Shown here: one piece after another, positions 59,554 through 64,000 of the stretch
Numbering within the stretch: the stretch's first letter is position 1
How the letters are laid out: every line of letters starts with the position of its first letter
Assembly: GCA_965112735.1 (NCBI GenBank)
Contig: OZ218952.1
Location: forward strand, 3,410,001-3,474,000
Reading direction: 5' to 3'
DNA from: Phaeosaccion multiseriatum
Lineage: Eukaryota > Protista > Ochrophyta, other classes
DNA length: 64,000 nt
Translations under genes and position numbers: made by a program
The notes under the pieces: model-generated
Told to the model about the DNA's origin: nothing
The model's database searches: none
The model's input: the letters and a program-made list of their open reading frames with translations, nothing else

Positions 59554-61139
59554 TCAAAAGTCGGGCATCCACTCCGGACACGCCTCCGCAGGCTCCTCAT
59601 CGTCCGGCGGCTCCCCAAAGTTGGAGGCATCGTCTGCTCCCTTGAGCTGCGGGACGATTGGTGCCTCGAGTTCTCGGGCAATGAGTCCGTCCCAATTGAA
59701 GCCCGAGAACCACTTGTGCTTCATCACGGCGGAGGATCCCCCCCGGGTCTTGCCTAGGCGCTTGTTCTTATTCACCTTCAGAAGCTTGCGCAGCAGATCC
59801 CTGGAGGGGGGGGTAGTATGTCAATGGGCGTGTGAGTGCGTGCGTGCGTGCGTGCGTGGGTGGGTGCATGGGTGGGTGGTGGGTACGGGCAGGTGAGGGT
59901 GTGTGCTTGATTGATAGCAAGGGTAGTTAGTTGGTGAGGGCAGGGGAGGGGAAGGGAAGGGAGGAAGCAACCCTCCCCCTCCCCCCCAGCCAGCACCCAC
60001 TCTCCCCCGCCCTCCCTCCCTCCCTCCCTCCCTCCCTCCCTCCTCCCTCCTCCCTCCACCTCCTACGCACCTCAGATTCTTGCTCATGAACTCCGGCATC
60101 TGCACCTTGCTGCCCAGAATCTTCTCATATGTGGCCATGGGGTCCTCGGCGTAGAAGGGAGGCACGCCCCCCACCATCTCGAAGACAAGTACTCCGAGTG
60201 CCCAGTAGTCCACCGCCTGGGAGGAGTAGCAGTAGCAGCAGTACGTGTACATCAGTCGGAGGGGGGGCGGCAGGAGCAGTAGTAGGAGCGTAGCAGCTGG
60301 AAGGAGGCGTATGGCCATCCCCACAATCTGCACCACGGGTGCGGCGCCTGTCTGGTGCCATCCATCTGTGCCCTATATGCCCACTGATCCAATTATCAAT
60401 TCTCAAGGCGTCTGTCCACTGCCATCCGACTGTCCACTGCCATGTCCATTCCAACTCCCACCTTCCCACACTTTCAGTTCTTAGGTGACTCCAAAAGGAA
60501 AGAGGAAATAAATATAACCCTCACTTACCCAGTCGTGCCCCTCGTTGAGGATAATCTCTGGGGCAAGATAGTCAGGGGTGCCACAGATGGTCCAAGTCAT
60601 GCCGGACGGGATGAACTTGGCCAGGCCAAAGTCCACGACCTTCAGGTAGCCAGAGGAGTCCTGGGAGGCGGGGGGGGAGACGGAAAGATGGCAGTGGATG
60701 GTGATGGATTGGATTGGATGGCATGGGATGGCATGTCCGTGGATGGATGGCAGTGGAGGGAGGCGTCGAGTCACCAGCTCACTCACTCACTGACTCACTC
60801 ACCAGCACCAGGTTCTCCGGCTTGAGATCTCTGTAGGCGATGCTTCTCTCATGCATGTAAGACAGGACACGCAGCACGGCAGCGGCGTAGAAGATGGAGG
60901 TTTTCTCTGAGAACTGACCCGCGTATCGAAGGTGCGTAAAGAGCTCTCCTCCGAGGAGTAGCTCCAGGACCAAGTAGATGTAACGGTCGTCCTGGGAGAG
61001 GGAGGGGGGGCGGGGGGGTGTAAAGGATGTGATTGGTTGGTTGGTTGGTTGGTTGGTTGGTTGGTTGGTTGACTGGCTGACTATCACGCAAACAGCACAC
61101 ACATATACACACATACACGCACACGTACACACACACGCA

Positions 61140-61216
<77 letters not shown>

Positions 61217-63756
61217 GGAAGGAGTCATGTAGCCTGAGGATGAAGGGGTGGTCGAAGTCCATAAGAAGCTTGCGCTCATCGAGCACGTGCTGCTGCAACT
61301 CATTCTTTAGAATGCTCTTCTTGGCCTGGCACTTGAGAGCGAAGTGCTTATCCGACTGCGAGTGGTAGACCAGCTTGACGCTGCCAAAGGCGCCGCAGCC
61401 GAGGGTACGCAGCACCTCAAGGTCCTCGGGTTTGACTTGGATGTAGTGCACGTGGTTGCCGGAGCCATCTGTGACCGGGGCGGCCACCTCCCTTGAGGTG
61501 GATGTCTGGAGGGGGGGGGGGGGGAGGGGCGTGGGGAAGGGGCCGGGAGGGGAGGGGAGGGCGAAGGGAGGAGGAAGGAGCGGGAGGGGGGGGGGAGGGT
61601 GGAGGGTGGAGGGTGGAGGGGGGAGGGGGGAGGGGGGTTGAGTGAAGATATGTACAGGAGTGCGTCTACCTTGAAGGGTAATGTCGACCCACAAAAAGTG
61701 GATTACCAACTTGTTCGGCAGCTTCCCAGGCTATAGAGTAAAACCTTAAGAAGAAGGGTGTCTGCCTTACCGCTTGCTTGTGTGTTGCGTTGATCCCTGC
61801 TGTCCTTGCCATGAGCTCCGATAGACTGAGGAGTTGGTTGTACAGGAGGAGGAGGAGGAGGAGGAGGAGGAGGAGGAGAGGGCGCACAGATGAGGAATCA
61901 CACCGAAGAAGCAGGGAGCAGCTAACCCCCTTCCTCTAGGGACAGAGAGAGAACACGCCCACGCCCCACACCCACGCACCCACATCAATCTACCGACCCC
62001 TGTAGCACCAACACCGCAACGCACCTTCCCAGCATGCGGTCAAAGTCCTCTCTGCCGAGTGTGAGACAGCGTGTGCCCTCTCCTCCCTCCGCGGATAGAC
62101 AAGATGCTGCCCTCTGCTCGTCGCTGAGAAGCGCCCGCTCTCCGAAGTAGTCGCCCTCCTTGAGGCCGCCCACCTTCTTGCCTAGGCCGCTGGCCTCGTC
62201 GTCGTCCTCCCGCTTGTATACATCCACCTTGAGGAGGAAGAGGAGACGGAGGAGGGAGACAGGGGAGAAGGAGCGAGCGGAGAAGGGGAGGAGGGGAGGT
62301 GAGAACTAGACTGCAGCGTGTTTCATACACGCTTACCCTCCCTCCCCCTCCCTCCCTAGGCTGCCTGCCCAAGCACGGAAACCCAAAATTGAAGGCCCGA
62401 CACCCCCTCCTCCTCCTCTCCTCTCCTCTCCTCTCCTCTCCTCGCCCCCCCCCCCCCTCGTCCTTTCTCTCCCTCCCCTGGTCGTCGCCCCCATGCCCCT
62501 CACCTCCCCCTTCTCCAGGATGTAGAAGGCATCTCCCGTCTCCCCCTGCCTCACGATGCAGTCCCCTGGCTTGAACTGTTCCTCCTCCAACGCATCTGCC
62601 AACTGTCGAAGCTCGGCCTCTGAGAGCGCCTCAGAGAGTTTGGCGTTACCGATCACCACCTTGCCCAGCAGCTCCAGGCTAGGTTGTGGATAGAGGCGTA
62701 TGGAGACGGAGGGAGAGAGGGAGGGAGGGAGGGAGGGAGGGAGGGAGATAGGAGGAGAGAGTAAAGGGGTGAGGTAGAGAAAGGGTTGCGGCGATCGGGC
62801 ACACCCCCGTGAGAGGTGCGGCCTTTGCTTTCTTACCGCTGGGAAAGCGCCCGCTTCTTCTTCTGCGTGATGATACCGCGCACGGTCATTCTGAGGAGAG
62901 CAGAGAGGGATGGCAGTGGATGGGGGGATGGGGGGATGGCAGTAGATGGGGGGTGCGGGATGGTAGTGGATGGAGAGGGGCATCACAACGAGTGGCCCGT
63001 TCTTTTACGTCAACTTGAGAGAGCGCGTACGCATGCGGGTGTGGGTGTGGGTGCGTGTGCGATTGGCGTTACTCTCTGTATGCCTCAACATACATCCCTT
63101 TCTCACTACGCCTCCCGCTCCCCTTCCAATATACCCCCCTACAAACCTTCTACTAACCCCCCTCCTCTCCCTCCTCCCATCCCCCACCCCTTGCATGAAA
63201 CCGATGAAAACGACTCCATTCCACCCACCCACCTTCCGATACTCCATAGCTTGCCCCCCCCCCCCTCATCGGCTCTGACGGTCGCCGCTCTGGGGTTGTT
63301 GTACATGAGAGAGAGCTCGCCAAAGGATTCGCCAGTGCTGTACGGAGCACGCACCTCCACGGGCTCCGTGGCACCAGGAAACACAACAAACACATGCAAC
63401 TTGCCTGCGTTCAGGCCGGTACGACGACAGGGAGAGAGGAAGAGAGAGAGGGAGAGAGGGAGAGAGGGAGAGAGGGAGAGAGGGAGAGGGAGAGAGGAAG
63501 AGAGAGAGGGAGAGAGGGAGAGAGAGAGGGAGAGAGGGAGAGAGGGAGAGAGGAAGAGAGGGAGAGAGGGAGAGAGGGAGAGAGGGAGAGAGAGAGAGGG
63601 AGAGAGAGAGAGAGGGAGAAAGAGGGAGAGAGGGAGAGAGGGAGAGAGAGGGAGAGAGAGGTCAGTAAGGAAGAAGCATCACTCCTTATTGCGGCCAAGC
63701 GCATGCACCACTCCCTCCTCATACACACGCACTCACACGCACGCACACACACACAA

Positions 63757-63793
<37 letters not shown>

Positions 63794-63807
63794 CATCTGC
63801 ATCATAA

Positions 63808-63893
<86 letters not shown>

Positions 63894-64000
63894 CCCCCCC
63901 CTCTCTCTCTTCCTCACGGTACGCACCGCTCTCCACTACGTAGAAGTCGTCTCCTTGGTCCCCCTGCTTGATCACAGTCTCTCCGTTCTCCACAGACACC
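59554..64000 (-). CDS. Single-chain cyclic-nucleotide-dependent AGC kinase (PKG-like architecture; 5' end beyond window)
   Basis: Two CNB domains ([33 protein letters not shown]; [33 protein letters not shown]) followed by the kinase domain [44 protein letters not shown] and an AGC tail ending WMPDF*. Confidence 0.93.

Noticed and set aside
59385-59555. Cluster of TCGA/GATC words downstream of the kinase stop
   Set aside because: No clear repeat unit or stem; probably 3' UTR low-complexity sequence.

Overview
Eukaryotic nuclear DNA, GC-rich, intron-dense and saturated with microsatellites. It most likely comes from an alga with a complex red-derived plastid (ochrophyte-like), inferred from signal peptide + Phe (ASAFAP-like) presequences on nuclear SecA and on a ketopantoate-reductase-like protein. 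Most ORFs in the track are shadows of repeats. Manual splicing recovers about 13 gene models: a PT-rich mucin-like gene (partial), SPRYD7, an orphan ORF, Elongin C, a secreted Gly/Ala/Pro-rich protein, a Pex14-N/Rid fusion, a large EF-hand/WD40 protein, a large unknown protein, a plastid ketopantoate-reductase-like protein, a cyanobacterial-type RqcH/NFACT, a WW-domain metacaspase, plastid SecA and a cyclic-nucleotide-dependent kinase (partial). There are also a PPR-SMR pseudogene and a probable F-box pseudogene. The most striking unexplained signals are: (1) two back-to-back long fold-backs at 8.43-8.77 kb resembling a bicistronic small-RNA precursor; (2) two short non-microsatellite words (CAGTTGGTGATAC and GCAG[G/T]CATATGGGCAG) dispersed through exons and introns in both orientations and several reading frames; (3) intron polarity, with G-rich repeat strands after donors and their C-rich complements before acceptors; (4) a 25-bp element shared by two divergent intergenic regions; (5) unusual fusions (Pex14-N + catalytically degenerate Rid; WW + metacaspase). 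All family calls come from motif recognition, not database searches, and exon boundaries are manual.
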